Part shown: in pieces, positions 13,113 to 27,900 of the stretch | Layout: each line of letters opens with the position of its first letter | Position numbering within the stretch: position 1 is the stretch's first letter | Origin: Lama guanicoe | Lineage: Eukaryota | Length of the DNA stretch: 64,000 bases | Direction: 5' to 3' | Assembly (NCBI GenBank): GCA_013239625.1 | Contig: MU053934.1 | Coordinates: 3,986,399 to 4,050,398, forward strand | Made by a program: the position numbers and the translations under genes | The notes under the pieces: generated by a model | What the model was told of the DNA's origin: nothing | Database searches by the model: none | The model's input: the letters and a program-made list of their open reading frames with translations, nothing else

Positions 13113-16100
13113 GGACCCAAGGCCCCACCTCAGTTTCTGTCCTGTTCCCAAACTTGTTGGGAGCAGTGACGGGTAAAGACTCCAGAGTGGTGGTCAAGAC
13201 ATAGGGTAAGGGGAGCCCTGAGCCTTGGCTCCCATGTAGGCATCCCTATTTCCGTATCTCAGCTGAGGGAACAGGGGCTCAGAGAAGTGATCTGTCCAAG
13301 GCCACACAGCTGGTACATGGGTCCAAATCCAGGTGTGTCTAACTCTTCAGCTCCCAAGTGCTGTCAATATGGATGAGTTCGCGGTGTGGAGACCTGGAGC
13401 GGGGGAGGCAGACACACCCATGACCTAGCTATGAAACCGAGGACAACTCATTTCACCTCTCCGAGCCTCAGTTCTCTCATCTTTGAAATGGGGGTTACAG
13501 CACTACCTCCCAGGACCCAAGGAGATAGTAGGTGCTCGGTTAAGTTGCCCTCCTGCCTTCCTTCCCGCTTCCTGGGTGCAGGAGGAAGCTTGGGAGAGGT
13601 AGGATTCGCCTGTCAGCATCCCCAGCTGTTTCAGCGGAGGCGGCCCCTCACCCTGCCGGGTGGCGAGCATCCCAGCTGGGCCCATGCAGGGCAGACCCTC
13701 TCTCCACCCCTCCCTTCCACTGGGGCCCAAGGAGAGAGATGGTGCTGCCAGGGGCCCCCGCGGCTGGCAGGGCCAAGCCCGGGCCCGGGCTCCTAGTAAC
13801 GTTTTGGCCCAGAATTATATAAGGCTGGAAGTTTCTATTTTCTCTTCTATTCTTCTTCTTGATCTAATTGTGCATCTGTGGCAATGTTTATACACTTCCC
13901 CGGTTCAGGACAACTCGGTTGCCGCAGCAACCGGTGTGCGCCAACGCTGTAATTTAGAGATCAACAGCTTCGGAGCCTGCCTCTTCCCCAGAGAGACTCC
14001 CTCTCTCAGCCCAGGGAGAGTGGGCCCTGCCCCCACCTCCTCCCCCGCTGTCACCCCATCCCAAATCTGGGTTCTTCTTCCTTCCCCCCTTAAAAGGAGC
14101 TCCCTGGGTCCCACAGTCCTGGATTGAAGTCCCAGACCCACCATGTAACCTGGGCAAGTTACTTGGCTGCTCTGAACCACAGTTTCCTCATCTGGAAAAT
14201 GGGACCAAGGAGACCCATCAGTCTGAAGACCTAACCAGTAATGTGGGTGTGCAGTGCTGGCCCTTAAGAAGTCACAATTTTAGCTGGGAGTCCCAGACCC
14301 TCTCTGCCACCTCCCCTAGAGTCCCAACAACCAGGGCCACAGGCCTGAGAGGATTGGGGGTCAGGTGTACCTTCTAGGCTGTAAATAGCTTTCAGGGAGG
14401 TCTTCCTTGGCTAAGTATGTCCCTCTCTGCTCTGTCCCACCATCTCAAATGAGCCAGAAGGAAGGGTTTCAAGATCACTGATTTCAAGACCGTCATTTTA
14501 CATTTGAGGCCAAGGAAGCTCAGAACTCAGACGAACTTGCTAAGGGTCCCAGAGCAGGCAGGGTGGGCCAGCCTGAGACAGTCTCCTCACTCCCACTCCT
14601 GGAAGAAGGGCACGGTGCTCCTGGGAAGAGGAGCTTCCTCCCTGGAGGGGGTTGGGGTAGGGTTTGGGGTGAGGGAAGAGAGGGCACCAGCCCAGCCCTG
14701 GCAGACCCTGGACCCATCGGCCTCAGGTTTGCAGGGGAGAGGCAGAGGGGACAGCATGTGGCGACCTGGGCCTTTGGTGGATGAGGACAGTGAGGCCCAG
14801 AGAGGGTAAGGGTCCTGCCCGAGGCCAAATACAAGCCCAGGGTGCAACCGGCCCTCGTTCTCTCCCCTGCGGGGCTGGCCCTGACCTGGGGGGCTCACCT
14901 GGTGCGGCAGGAGGGGGTTCTTCCCAGGACTCCCTCCACCAGCACTGCTCACTGCTTCACGTTTCTGAGTGGAAGTGACAGGAGTCTCAGCCAAGCCCCA
15001 GGACGAGGCTCTGCACGTCCCCCCACCCCCTACACTCTCAGCCTCCACTGCAGTCCTGACCCCCCAGCCTTTCCATCACCCAGTGCCCCATCCTCAGCAG
15101 TTTCCACATCTCAGGCCAGTGAGGGCACAGCTCATCTCCCAGCCTCGCGCCTCCTCTCCCGGTCACAGCAGCCAGCCGTGTCCCGAGCCCCTGCCCAGCC
15201 TTGTGCCAACACTATGCCAGTTAGCTCAGGCGGTGCTCACTCAGAAATGTCCGCTCCTGGGCAGTGGATAGCTGCCCCCAGGCACAGGGGCTCGCCCAGT
15301 CCCGTCACCCTCCACCATGGGAGCCCAGGTGCAGGGCATCCCCCTGAAGACCCCCCGCTGGTGAGAGCCCAGCCCCTCATCCTGTCCGCAGCGACTGCTC
15401 AGATACACCAACACTCTGTCACACCCCAGGCCTGACCACAAAGTGATGTGTACGAAGCTTGGTGTGTGCTCGCAGGTCATGACTGCCAGGAGATGGCTAG
15501 ATTTTCTTTCCCTTGTTTGTCACATGGGGCTTCCTGGCGAAGGCCCAGGGGAAAACTATGAAAGAGAAGGGGACACAGATCATGGGAGGCAACAGGCACT
15601 GACAACTGGGTACCATCCTCCTCTGAATACAGGTGTTTCATTAAAAGAAACAGTGAGAGCGTCCGGTCGTTCAGGTGCCCATCTCATGTCTGTAATTAAG
15701 CGAACTGTTCTAGAAGGCAGGAAGCTGGTCTAATCCTCTTGCACCAAATGTTCCCTGTAAACAAATGCTGGAGGACACAGTTTCTAAGGTGGGGACCCTG
15801 GAGACCGGGCCCTCTGGCTGCCTTGCTGGGTGACCTCAGGACAAGTCCCTCCCCTTCCCAGACTGGGCGCTTCCCCAGTCACTGTCCTCTGTTCTAGGAG
15901 TACATCCTGCGACTCCTTTCGTGGCAAATGTTCTTTCTTTTTGGGAAATGATGGGGATGGGAGATGCTGGCTGCTTTTGAAAATGTAATGTCCTTTCTTG
16001 ACAAAGTGGAGAACTGACAATGTTGTGCGAGTTACCAGCTTTTTTTTTTTTCCACTGTGCTGTGAACATCTGGATTTTGGACAACTAGGGAAACTAAGGC

Positions 16101-18719
16101 TGAAAGCAGGGCCGTAGCACGTGAGCCAGCAGCTGGCAAAGGACACTTAGGCCTTGGGGAGATGGTGAAGGGGACCAGCAGTGCTGTCAGCTGGCTGGCA
16201 CCATCACTATCCTGCCCCTTCCTGAGGAGTTCAGGAGGGCTGGACCCTACCTGCCGGGGGCCCAGAGAGGCAGGAGGACCACCCTGCTCCCGGGTCCTCT
16301 TAGGTTTTCCCTATGACTTTATGATACCAAACGCCCCTCCTTGCCCACAACTCCCTTTGTGTAAAAAAAAAAAATCGATAAAGTGGCAGCAGCCCCAGCA
16401 GGTTCCAGCAGCCTGGGCAGGCATCTGCTGGTGTGTCTCGAAGGCCCTCTGGCCCCAGACAGCAGCAGTGGGTCCTGAGCCCCTGGTGGGCAGGCCCCAC
16501 ACTGAGCCCCTAGACAGCAGGGTGGGTGGCAGAAGCCCACCTTAGGGAGCACTTAGCCCCCCTGCAGGCCTTTAAGCATCCCATGGATGTTGGGTGGAAC
16601 AGCAGGGCAAGTGAAGTGACTTGCCCGAGGTCACACAGCTCAGCCATGGGGCCCAGCTGAACCCATCATCCCTCTCGGTGGCCGCCCTCAGAGAACAAGC
16701 ACTCTGGGAGTGCCAGCTCTGTGCCAGGCACTGCCTGGCCTCTCTTGCTGAGGCCTCACTGCAACTCCTTGTTAATTTAACAAGTATTTGTTGAGCACCT
16801 ACCACAGCAACAGCAGGGTTATTATTTCCCATCCCAGCTGAAGAACAGCAGGCTGGGGGTGGGGGAGTAGGGATGAGGGTGGGTTCACAGAGCAGACATA
16901 GCAAAACCGGGATTCTGACTCAACCTGCTGCTCCAGGTCCTGGCTCACCCTGGTCCCTGGCCTCTGGTCTCGGACTCCCTTCACCTCCCACAATGCCTTG
17001 CTTAACCTGGATCCCCTCGTGCCTCTCCCCAGCCCCCCAGGCTCAGCCGGAGGCCCCACTGTTCTCCAAAGCCTTCTGTGGCTGCACTGCCAGCTGCCAG
17101 TCCTGCCTCCTCAGGGCCCCTTGGCCCTCAGTGTCTGCACCACTTCGATTCTTTTTAACTTTATGCAAGTAATGTGCTGGTTAAACTCTCATGTTTGGAG
17201 TGGCAAGACCTGGCTCTCAGGCTCAGCTCTGTCAACCTCCTGGCATGTCCTCTGTGGACCTCAGTTTCCTCATCTGGAAAGTGGAGATGATGGTTAACAG
17301 TCCCTACTTCCTCAAGACGCTGCTGAAGCGAACGTGATAACCGCTTAGAATAGAGACACCAGCTGTGGGTTCAACAGAGCAATGCAGGTAGAACCCAGAG
17401 AATGAAATGATGATGATGATGGAGGTGACGATGTCAGAACACTGTCCGGGGGGATAGGAGAACCAGCTTCAAGTCCTGGCTTCACCACTAACTGCTCCAG
17501 CCAGGGGCTCCTTCTCTCCATCTGCAAAACGGGGGACCTTAATTGCTCCCTGGGGGAGAGCTGGGAAGATGTGGCGAAACAAGGGCCCAGCACAGAGTCG
17601 GAAATAAGGCAAGTGATCCAGTGGGTGTTCCTGAGTTTGATCAGTTCCAGCTGACCCTGAGCCCCTCTTGGGCCTGGAGGGAGGGAGCACCCACAGGGCA
17701 GTGGGGCGGGGCAGAGCTGAGGAGGGGGAAGATTTCCCTGGGGGAGTGGAAGGACTTAACACCACTGTCCCAGTTCCCAGCCCAGGGAGGAGCACCGGGC
17801 CTGCCCCCTGCTCAGCTCTGACTGCTGCCCCTCAGGCCTGGACCACCTGGTCTGGGTCGGGGATCCTCTTATCTTAAGCACACAGGGATTTCCAGGGTCG
17901 GGAGGAAGGGCTCAAGCACAGACAGCTGAGCTACACTTCTCAAAGAGTCAGAGGCAGCTGAGGCTGGTCGGGGGTGTCCCCTCCTGCCCACAGCCCTCTG
18001 CAAGCCCCTGTCCTGCTCCTCAGACCCTGGGAGGTCTACCTTCTCTTGATGCATCTCAAGAGCCCACATCTTCCCTTCCTAGTGCACTGGCTCTGATACT
18101 GGATTCTCTGTACCACTTTTGGTCTGTGTGACCTTGGGCAAGTTATCTAACCTCTCTGGTTCCTGTATACCTTATCCTTAGGTGGCGCTAATAGTGTCCC
18201 TTACCTCATAAGATTGTAATGAGGAATAAACAGATTGTGTACATCATGTGCCCAGCACACGGTAAGTGGCTGATAAGTGGTATGAATCACTCCCAAGGCT
18301 GAACAGCCCTTCCCATGATCTCCTCCCCTGAATGTCAGATGTCATGCCCCAGAGCGCACCCTGGCACCCATCACGGCCCAGTCCAACTTGTCTTCCAACA
18401 CCAGCACTAGGGAGCAAGTGGCCTCAGACTCTCACAGGGCTGGACCGGAAGCGGGCTCAGTCTCACCTGGCTCAACCGGATCCTTAACCTCCCTGAAGGC
18501 CTCAGTGTCTTCATTTGCAAAGGAATATAGTAATGCCTACCTTGCAGGGTGGTCGCGAGAGCCAGATGCAGATTGTCAATTGTCGTAAAAGTGCAGGCCA
18601 CACAGTGGGTGCTCAGTACACTCTGATCCTCCCCTACACCTTCTTCTGTACCCTGAAATCCCACTGTACATGTGGCCCCTCCCCCACTGGCCGACGGTGT
18701 GACATTGCAAAATCCACAC

Positions 18720-18950
18720 AGAGCGTTTAGTACGCTCTTGCTCTGTGCCGGCACTGTTCTGAGTGCTTTACGCTAATCAATTCCTGCCATCTTCACCATG
18801 ACCTCAGAGGAAGTTTCCATTATCATCCCTACTTTAGAGGTAAGAAAAGCAAGGCACAGAGAGGTTCAGCAACTTGCCCAAGGTCACACAGCTCGTAAGT
18901 AGTAAAGTCGGGATTTGGAACGAAGCAGTTGATGCCAGAGCACATTTATT
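18720..18950 (-). mobile_element. MIR SINE
   Basis: ggcactgttctgagtgcttta...aggcacagagaggttcagcaacttgcccaaggtcacacagct. Confidence 0.75.
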
Positions 18951-21900
18951 AGACACTCTGCTCTCCTGCCTAGGAAAACACTGTCACATCGAAAGTTTCT
19001 TCCACTTAGAAAACAGTTACCATGCCCTCCTATGTGTCAGGTTCTGTCCCGTCAGTCCTACTGGGAAAGGAGAAACTGGGTCATAGGGCAAGTTGGAGCC
19101 AGGATCTGGGTCCCTGATTTCAGGTCCAGCCAGAGCCTAGACACACAGGTGGCTCTGGGCTCCAGAGGGCCTCTGAGCAGCATGGGGGTGAACTGGCTCA
19201 TTCCTCCAGCTCTGCACCCCAATCTGTCCCTCCCAACCACTCAGCCAGCCAGTGAACAGGTTTAGAAAGCAAATTCCCCGGAATGTCCAGACCAGTCTTC
19301 CAGTCATGGCCAAATGGCAGGAGCTGATGGCTGGTAAACCCAAGGGCCCCTGCTTCAACCTGCAGGTATGCCCTTTGCTGCTCTGCTGACGCCTGGCCTG
19401 TGCCCTGATCGATGGAGAGCTCCCTGCCCACAGAGGAGCCCCTTTTAGTGCCCAGACAGTCCCACCAAAGAGTTCCCCCTTCCCAAACACCTTTGCCCTC
19501 TTCCATACAGGAATTTGAAGGCAAGAGCAGATCCCCAAAGGCTTCTCTTTTCCAGAACAACCTCAGCTCCCTCACTGGTGGTGGAATTCAATCCCCCACT
19601 GCCTTGCTGTGGCTTCTAGGGGCCTGCTCTGTTGTGTGCCCTTCACCCAAAGCCGCTCACTCGGTCACTATCACACACTTGCTGCAGATCAGGCACCGGC
19701 TGTGGACTCACCCAGCTTCTGCATCAGCTAGGGAGAGGCACTGAACACAGAAGCATTTGAATAGCGGCAGCCATAAATCATGGTAACCTGCTGGAAGGAA
19801 AGATACCACGTGATATGAGAGAGAAGACGAGGGGCTCTAGTTTGATGGGGGTCCCCAAAGACCTCTTTGAGAAAATTACATTTAAACTGAGACCTGAGTA
19901 GTAAGTGGGAGCCAAGACAATCAGGAGAATTGTGTGCCTGGGTGAAAGGTGGGTGTAGAACATTCCAGAAAGAGTTCGGTGTGTTGAGAATCTGCAGCAA
20001 GGCCAGATGGCAGGAATGAAGTGAGCAAGAGGGAGAGCTGCCCAGGACGGAGCCCCAGAGGTTGGGGGTGGGAAGGGCTGTGGATTCCATCCTCGTAGCT
20101 GTGGGAAACAGGCAGGTGGTCGGGTTTTGCCTGGTTTGATATTTTTTAATTCTCACATGAAATCTTTAAGGTAAAAAGGAATAAATAATAATATAATAAA
20201 CCCTTGTGTATCCATCACCAGGCTTCAGAAATAAAACATCCCCAATATGGCCCCAGTGGCACACCTGCCCCTGTCTGGCCTCAGAGGCCTCTGCTGTCCG
20301 GGCGTGGGACACACACTGGGGTGAGCTGCATTAGGACACTGTGTGGGGCACAGCGGAAGTTGGAAGCTGGTGAGGTTACCGCTGCTACCCAGGCAGGTGA
20401 CAGCACTGGCTGGGAGCTGCCAGGGTGATGCCAGTGTTGCTTGAGAGAAGTAAACAGATTCAGGGCATATTTTAGACAAAGAACCCCCAGAGTGTGATGG
20501 TGAATAGGGCGGGAAGTTGGGAAGAGGGGTGTCAGAAATAGGTCATCGTGAGGCCCTGAACCGGGAGCAGGTTTAAAGAGCGACAGTTCCTAGTGTGTGG
20601 TGGCCTTGGCACATCCACGTAGAGAAGCCCATGGCAGGTCAGCTCCCGAGATCTGGGCAGAGTCAGACTCATGAGATCCTGCCCGCCTGGACGATGTAAG
20701 CTGAGTGAGAGCAGCTGGGGTGGCCCGGGCAAGAATGCTGGATAGAGGAGAAGAGGGCCTCAGGCCCAGCCCCGATCGTCCGCTGTCCATGGAGAACCTG
20801 GCACCGCAGACGGAGGCAGAGGAGCAACACCTGGAGCCCGGAGAAGAGGGCGCTCTAGCAGAGCTGCCCAGTTGGCCCTGACCAGCCCAGCCCACCTGGC
20901 CAGCAGCCCCACCTCCCTTCTCTTCTTGGATGCCTCTGACCCTGGCCAAAAAGGGTGTAGATTCCTCATGGGCAGAGGAGAAGTCGAGGGGCTGGGCAGC
21001 CTTCTAGGGGTGCGTCTGTGGGGGGCCAGGGGGCAAGAGCAGAGGTGATTTCAGCACAGCCCACGACTGCCCTTCCCATCCCAGCACTCCAGCCAAGAAC
21101 GGGAGTGGAGATCATTGCCAGACACCCCGTCACCCTGCCCCCGCCACCACTGCCTCGTCCTTGACCTCTCAGCAAACAAGACTCCAGGAGTGGGGCTGCT
21201 GGCCTGGAGGACGTTCTCCCAGGGCTTTGGGGCGTGGGGGCTGATGACTTTCCTTCACACAGGATTCCCTGGATTCTCTGCTGGGCCCACAGACCAAACC
21301 TAAAGAAGAGGTGTAGGGAGCGGGAGTGGGCAAGGGGAGTCTGAGCCAATGGCCCGGCTCATTCCCTCCCTTGTTCCAGAGGTAATTCAACAGAGGCGTC
21401 AGAGAGCCACAAGATTGCCTGTGACACTTGTATGGGCTGCTGGGACCTGGGCTTGCAGACAGTCATGCATGTAAGGAGCTAAGCGCCCCGTTTGCCCAGC
21501 CCAGCCTGGAAGGAGCCTGACACCCATCCACGATGGTTCACCACGCAGCCCAAAAAAGGAGGGGGAGCCCGGTAAGGAGTGGTATGGGTCTTCAAGATGT
21601 GTTTTTAAGTGAAAAAAGGCAACAGTGATGAACACTCAGTATAGTATCTACCAGTTGTGTAAAGAAGGAGAGAAAAGAAATTTATAGATACACATATTTG
21701 CTTGTCTGTGCTTGTCTATGGATGGAGACCCAGGAAACTGGTGACACTGGCTGCCTCCGGGGAGGGGAAGCAGGTGGCTGGGGAAGGGGTGGGAGGAAGA
21801 ATTCTCACTGTATTCCCGCTTGTGTCTTTTTAATTTTAGAACCATATGAATGTATTACCTACAAAAAAAAAGTCACATAGAAAATTTAAAAATTAGTGTA

Positions 21901-24900
21901 TACATATGTGTATTTTTCTAAGAAGGGTCATAGGATTCATAAGGTCCTCAAAAGAAACTGTGATCCCAGAAAGCCTGAGAACACTTCACTGAGGTGCTGA
22001 GCGGCCCTGGAAAAATATCTTAGCTTCTCTGAACTGCTTCCATAAAATGGGGAGGAATAACACCCACTTCATAGGCATGTTGCAAAGATGAACAGGGACA
22101 GTGGAGGGTCAGGGATTATAAACTGTAAAGTGCAAAAACCCTTCTTAAAGAGGATGACTTACCCTCACCTCCCGTTCTCCCCGTAGCCCCCTCCAGGGCT
22201 CCTCTGAGCCCATGGTCCTCCCAGCAGTTCTGATGGAGGCCGCTGGCTCTCTCTTGCCTCCCTCCTCCAGCCTCCAAGCCTTGGGGCCCCTCTCCTGGTT
22301 TCCCTTCTCCCAGCCTCTATATGTAGAGCCACGCAGTGCCCAGGCTCAGCCTTAACTGAAAATACCACCTGGCCCTCTCGCCCTCCTGAGACAAGAAGAA
22401 TCTTTCTCCAGTGTCTGCTGGACATCTAATAGGCATCGCAAGCCCAGCATAGCCAAGACAGAAGGAACGCCACCCCGCCCTCCCTTCCCCACCTCAGTCT
22501 GGGCCCCCCCGGCGGACCGCTCAGGCCTAGCACCTGAGAATCCAAGAGTTGGGAGGCCCCAACCCAATGGTCATACTCATGGTATAATAACTAACATTTA
22601 GTGTTGACTCTGGGCCACACCCCTGGCCACTTCTTTGACCCGCATGACATCTTGGAGGTGAGTGCTGTTACTTTCGTCCCCACGGGGGGTTCAGGGGCTT
22701 CCCAAGCAGGTGAGCCAGGGGACTGAGACCTGGACGCTGGCCCCATGCCCAGTCCTTCCAGCCTGCAGAGCCCTCCCTGCTGCAAGCCACATCACTACCG
22801 CACGACTCCACAGTGTCCCCCCTACATCTCCCTGCCTCCATTCTCCATGCAGCCTACATCTCCATGTAGGCTGAGGACCCACGTCGCTCGTCGCTCGTTG
22901 GCGTGGAGAGCTACAGCTTCCCAGGGCGCCATCCCGCCCTCTCTGACCTAACCCTCTCCATTCCCACCGTGATCCCCAACCATGCGGGCCTTTCTTCTTG
23001 TCCCGCTGGATCTTTACATGGGCCACCCCTTCTGGATGAAATCTTCCAAGACCCCACTGCTCACACCTTCCTACCATTCAGGTCTTGATTCAAAGGCTGC
23101 CTCCTCCCAGAGGCCCCCCAGACAGTCTCCTGTATCTCCTCACAGCATTTATCCCATCCAAACCGATTTCACTCACAGTTTCCTTCAGTGCAGGGACCTC
23201 GACTCTCTGCTTCACGCCTGAACCCCAGTGCCCGGCACACGCAGACGCTTAAACATCCGGTGACTGACAAAGAAACAGGATAATTTCAGCCTGTCATAAT
23301 TCCCGTGAAGGACCTGAGCAGGGTGATGTGACAGAACGTGACCAAGGAGGAGCTATTTTTGTCCCCTGAGTCAGGGAGAACCTCTCAGTGGAGGTGGCCT
23401 CCGAGCAGAGAACAGAAGGAGACCTTCTGTGGCACTGGAGTGTGGCAGGATGTCTGGGGCCCCAGGCCTTGGCCTCGCACTCCCACAGAGCACCGGCTTC
23501 TCTGCAGGGGTCCCCCAGGCATCCTGGCTGCACGCCCAGGGTCCTAGGCCCATAAGAGAAGCTCCAAGGACAGGAGCAGGGAGTGCTGGGGCGGGCCATG
23601 TGCAGGGCCAGCAGGAGAGGGCGCCACAGAGAGGCCTCAGAGGGGCCGGAGACAGCGGGAGGGACGAACGTTAGGCCACTCCTGCCCTGACACTCCTGCA
23701 TCCACAGTTGTGAGGGACTGTCGCGATCAGAATGCCTACTATGCACAGGCAAAGAGCTAAGTGCTTACCCACCATCTCTCACCATCTGCCAGCTGGCTCC
23801 TAGGACCAGAGACTCTGAGACTCCATTTACTCATTCATTCATTCATTCATCACCCTAAACGTGTGCTGAGCTGGAGCGGCAGCTGCCCTCCTGCCTGGTG
23901 TGACTCCAACACAGTACAGTGCCTTCCCTCGGAGGGCGCTCTCCAAATCACTATGGAATGAATGAACATTATCTGAGTACCTACTGTGTGCCAGGAGAAG
24001 AGGAATGAGTAAGACAACCTGCTTTGCTGAGCTCCACGTGTATGTGAGGACAGGAGGAAAGGGTCCTCATGGCCACAGGGCTTGGAGAGAAGGTTGCCCA
24101 GGAAGATGTGGGCCAAGCTGGACGCCCCAAGATGAAGCAGGCCTGGGCCAGGGCTGGGCTGGGCAAAGAAGCGGGACCTAGGCCCTGGGGGGTGACCGGG
24201 ACGCTCGGGGGCCTGGAGCCACGTGGGCTGCTGGGCAAGGGAAGGGAGGCCTGAGGACAGAAGGGTAGCATCTGCAGTTCTCAGCACTTAGATTCTTAGG
24301 AACCAAGCATCCTGGAAAAAAGGAATCTGGACACTCAAGCTTTTCTTATTGGCGCCTCCAGGATTTCTACACACAGTAGTTCTCAAACTTTCTGACCAAA
24401 ACCCAGAGTAAAAACAAACATATTGCACATTGCTACTCATTATATAATACAGTACATACACTTTAAAAGCTGAAACAAAAGTGTCACCAAATAACACTTA
24501 TCCTCACTATGTACAAGTGCTTGAAATTTTCTTTTCTATTTTATTTAAAAAAATAAGTAGTGGACACAGTATCTCAATTTCACAACCACTAATGGGTCAG
24601 GATCTGCCTGCAAGTAGAAAAATCACTGACCGTCGAGTGCTTAGGAGCTGTGAACGGGTTGAGATGGGACCTAGGGCTTAGCTTGAAGTGAAAGTGACCA
24701 TGCTTGGATCATGGGCTTTTGCAGGGGCATGACTGTGGGGAGAGTTGTTGGAAGTCATGAGGGAATATTTGGAACCGTCTGTTAGACCGTTAGGGTCACA
24801 AGACCTCCACACTGTGGTCCAAACAACAGGGACTCTGGGTTATGGGTCCAATTCCTTCCCCTGGTCCTGTGTCAGAACCCACTGCTGTCCCCCAACAGAT

Positions 24901-27900
24901 GCCATTCAGCAATTGTTTGCATACCTCCCAGGACAGGGAGCTCACCCCCTCCTCAGGCAGCTCCCTAAGGTATGAGGAGTGAGGCTCTGCTGTGCTATTA
25001 ATGCAGCTAGTGACCGTTAACTCCCTCCCCTGGCTGCCTGTCTGTCCTCTCTGTCTTCTGGCCTGTCATCTGAGGTCCCCGGGCCAGCTCCAGCATGAGG
25101 CCATGGCCTGCTCTCTGCCCCACTCAGTTCCCTCCCCTCCTTGTTGCCTGGCTCCTGCCCCATGTCTGGGGGGTGGCCCTGGAGCCTAGCCAGAGAGAGG
25201 CTCTTTCCAAGGTCAGGTGGCTTCAGGATCTGCAGCTGCACAGCCTGGCGCTGGTGCTCAGTCAGCCCTGCCTCCACCCAAGTGGGTCTGGAGGGCTCAG
25301 CAGAGAGGTCAGGTGCTGACACTCAACATAGCCAGAGAAGCAGTGTCTGAAGGTGATGGCTGGGGACCTGGAAGTCTGCCAAGAGTAGCCACTGAGTGGT
25401 TTGGACACACAGCAGCTCATGTCAACAACAGGCCACGTTACACTCACAAGCTCACAAGATCTGCCCAGCAACCCACAAGTGCAGGGGCACAAGCGCATCC
25501 CTACAGGTCAGGGGTGGGAGGCTCAGAGAAGTGAAAAGGCTGCCCAAGGCCACACAGCCACTCCGGGTGGAGTTGGACTTGAACCCAGATTTTCTGTTTC
25601 CCACCCACAGGCCTCAGCTGGGACTACTGAGGCCGGAGAAGAGAAGCCTTAGGAGAACAGGGAGGAGCTGGCCACCCCCTGGTTGGGGAACTCAGGCCCC
25701 AGAAGGCAGAGCTAAGGCCAAAATGGAAAGCAGGTATCAATTAACAGAAACTCCTAGACACAATGGGCTAGCCCAGGAGATGGTGGCTTCCCCCTTGAAA
25801 GGGTTTGGCGGGGGGGCTCTGATGTCCATGTGTCAGAATGACTGCAGCCCCTTCTGCCGCCTCCCCTCATCCACATCACCCCTCTAGCTCTGCCACCTTC
25901 CCTGTACTGCCTCCCAGAGATCCCGAATTGCTGATCCCCATTCCATCTGTCCTCCAGGCTGCGTGGCACCTTAACCTTCCCAGGGCAGGAGGCCTGGAGT
26001 TCCCAGGCCTACAGTGGGAGAGGAAAGCCTCCTACAGGGAGTTTGGGGTGGGAGTTGGGAGAGAAGGTGCAGGGTGGGGTTGGGGAGAGACTTTGCTGGG
26101 GCATCCCAGAAGCCAGAAAGTAAAACTTGGTGCCAATTCTGCCACCAAGGAGAGGCTGGACAAACTCTACCCCCAGGCCTCAATCTCCCCACCCCTCACA
26201 GTGCACGTACCCAACTCCTCCCTGGCCCCGCTAAGGTCCCCTCCCATCCTTGCAGGCCAGGTGAAGCTGGGGTGGCTCTGAGAAGAGATAGGAAACAAAA
26301 GTAAAAAGGCACATCTCCCATCACCACAGGTTGTCCTTAGTTCACAGAGGAGCAAAGACAGATTCCCAGGGGGACCGGGACCTGGTTAATATCACTTGGG
26401 ATAAGTGAGTGGCTAAGTTGGGATCCAATCCCAGGCCTGCCTGAAGCAAGTAAACTTCCTTGTTCAGCTGCATCCACTGTGACGAGGGGCTGCCGCCCCC
26501 ACCCCTCTCTCCAAGCTAGGGGTTTTTCCCAGGAGGGGGGGTGCAGAGATCAGCTCTTCCCCCAACAGGCACAATAAATGTCTGAGAGAGACAGAGAGTG
26601 TCTGGCGGGGTGGGGGGAGGCAGAGGAATCAGGAGGAGCCCTGGGCTCTGGTCCAGTCCCAGCTTTATCACCACTGCTGCGTGACCTTGGGCAAATCATT
26701 GTGGTCTCTGGGCTCAGTTGTTCCATCTCCCAGCAGATTGCTAGCGAAAAAGCAGGCATAGGAGTAGACCAGGAATGCAGGGTAAACGTGGAGAGAGTGG
26801 CCTCTATCGTCCCAGGCTGGGGGGGTGTTTCTGCCCAACTGCGCCTAAGCCCCACTGCATCTCCACTCTGCCCTCCTGGGCGCCCCCCACTGGACACACC
26901 TGAGCAGGCTGAAACCCAAGCTGCTGGCTGGTAGGTCATCATGACAACGCCAATGCTCTACACAGCTCCAGCTGGGGTCTGGAACACCAAGGACCATTTT
27001 GCTTGGTAGCCCCTCTCCTTGACCTGCCAATGCCCCTCATGGGCACCTCACCTTCCCCTGCTGAGAGGCCAGATTTTCCGGCTGCTAGCAGTTGGGCTGG
27101 TCAATGACTGGCCATGTGGCCACAGGCAGAAATGGGGGAACTGGCACAGGGAGAGAAAGAGGACCCCTGGGCTGGATGAGATACACACCCCCTCCTTCAG
27201 GAGGCCAAATGGAGGGTCCCAGAATAGCTGGAACATGGTGCATTCCCAGCAGAACAAACAATATATGGCTCCTTCTACCAGTCCGATCTTAGGCAAACTC
27301 TTGCTTTTCACTGAGACTCAGTTTTCTCATCTGAAAAGTGGAAGTGATGGGGCTCACCGGGTGGCAGGGAGGATGAGTGAGATCATGAATACACAGCCCA
27401 GCGCAGAGCCTGGCACATAGGACCTTGTCCCCTTCCTGCGGCAGGACCTGCCAAGAAAACCTCTTTGTCACCCCAGCCGCCAAACAATAGCACCATCTAT
27501 CTGAGCAGCTCGCGTGCATGAGTGTGTGAGTGAGCGGGTATGAAAGTGTGTGGTGCGAGTGCGTGAGAAAAAATGTGTGTGACAGTGGGCCAGAGAGTGT
27601 AAGTTCGAAGGCGAGTGCGTGTTGGGAAAAGCTGAGGCAGGTGGGTGCAAGAGTAGGGGGCATGGGGGCCACACCCCAGCGTTCCTCCCACTCATTTGTC
27701 TGGCCTGTGTGTCCTGAAAAGAAATAGTGGTCTTGGAACCAGGCAAAACCCATCAGTTCTAATTGAGTCCAGTCACTTTCGTTTGTTCCCAGTCAGCCAC
27801 TCCCTCTTGCTGAACCTCAGTTTCCCCTTCTGTAAACAGAAAACCACCGAAGCCCCAAGTCAGGTTCCACACAGGGAAACAGATGGCGGGCTGCAGGGCA

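Noticed and set aside
24940..25080. Possible alternative KCNJ4 first exon (minus-strand donor GGG|GTGAG at 24945)
   Set aside because: Only a generic donor motif with no CpG island or other support, so it cannot be called without transcript data.
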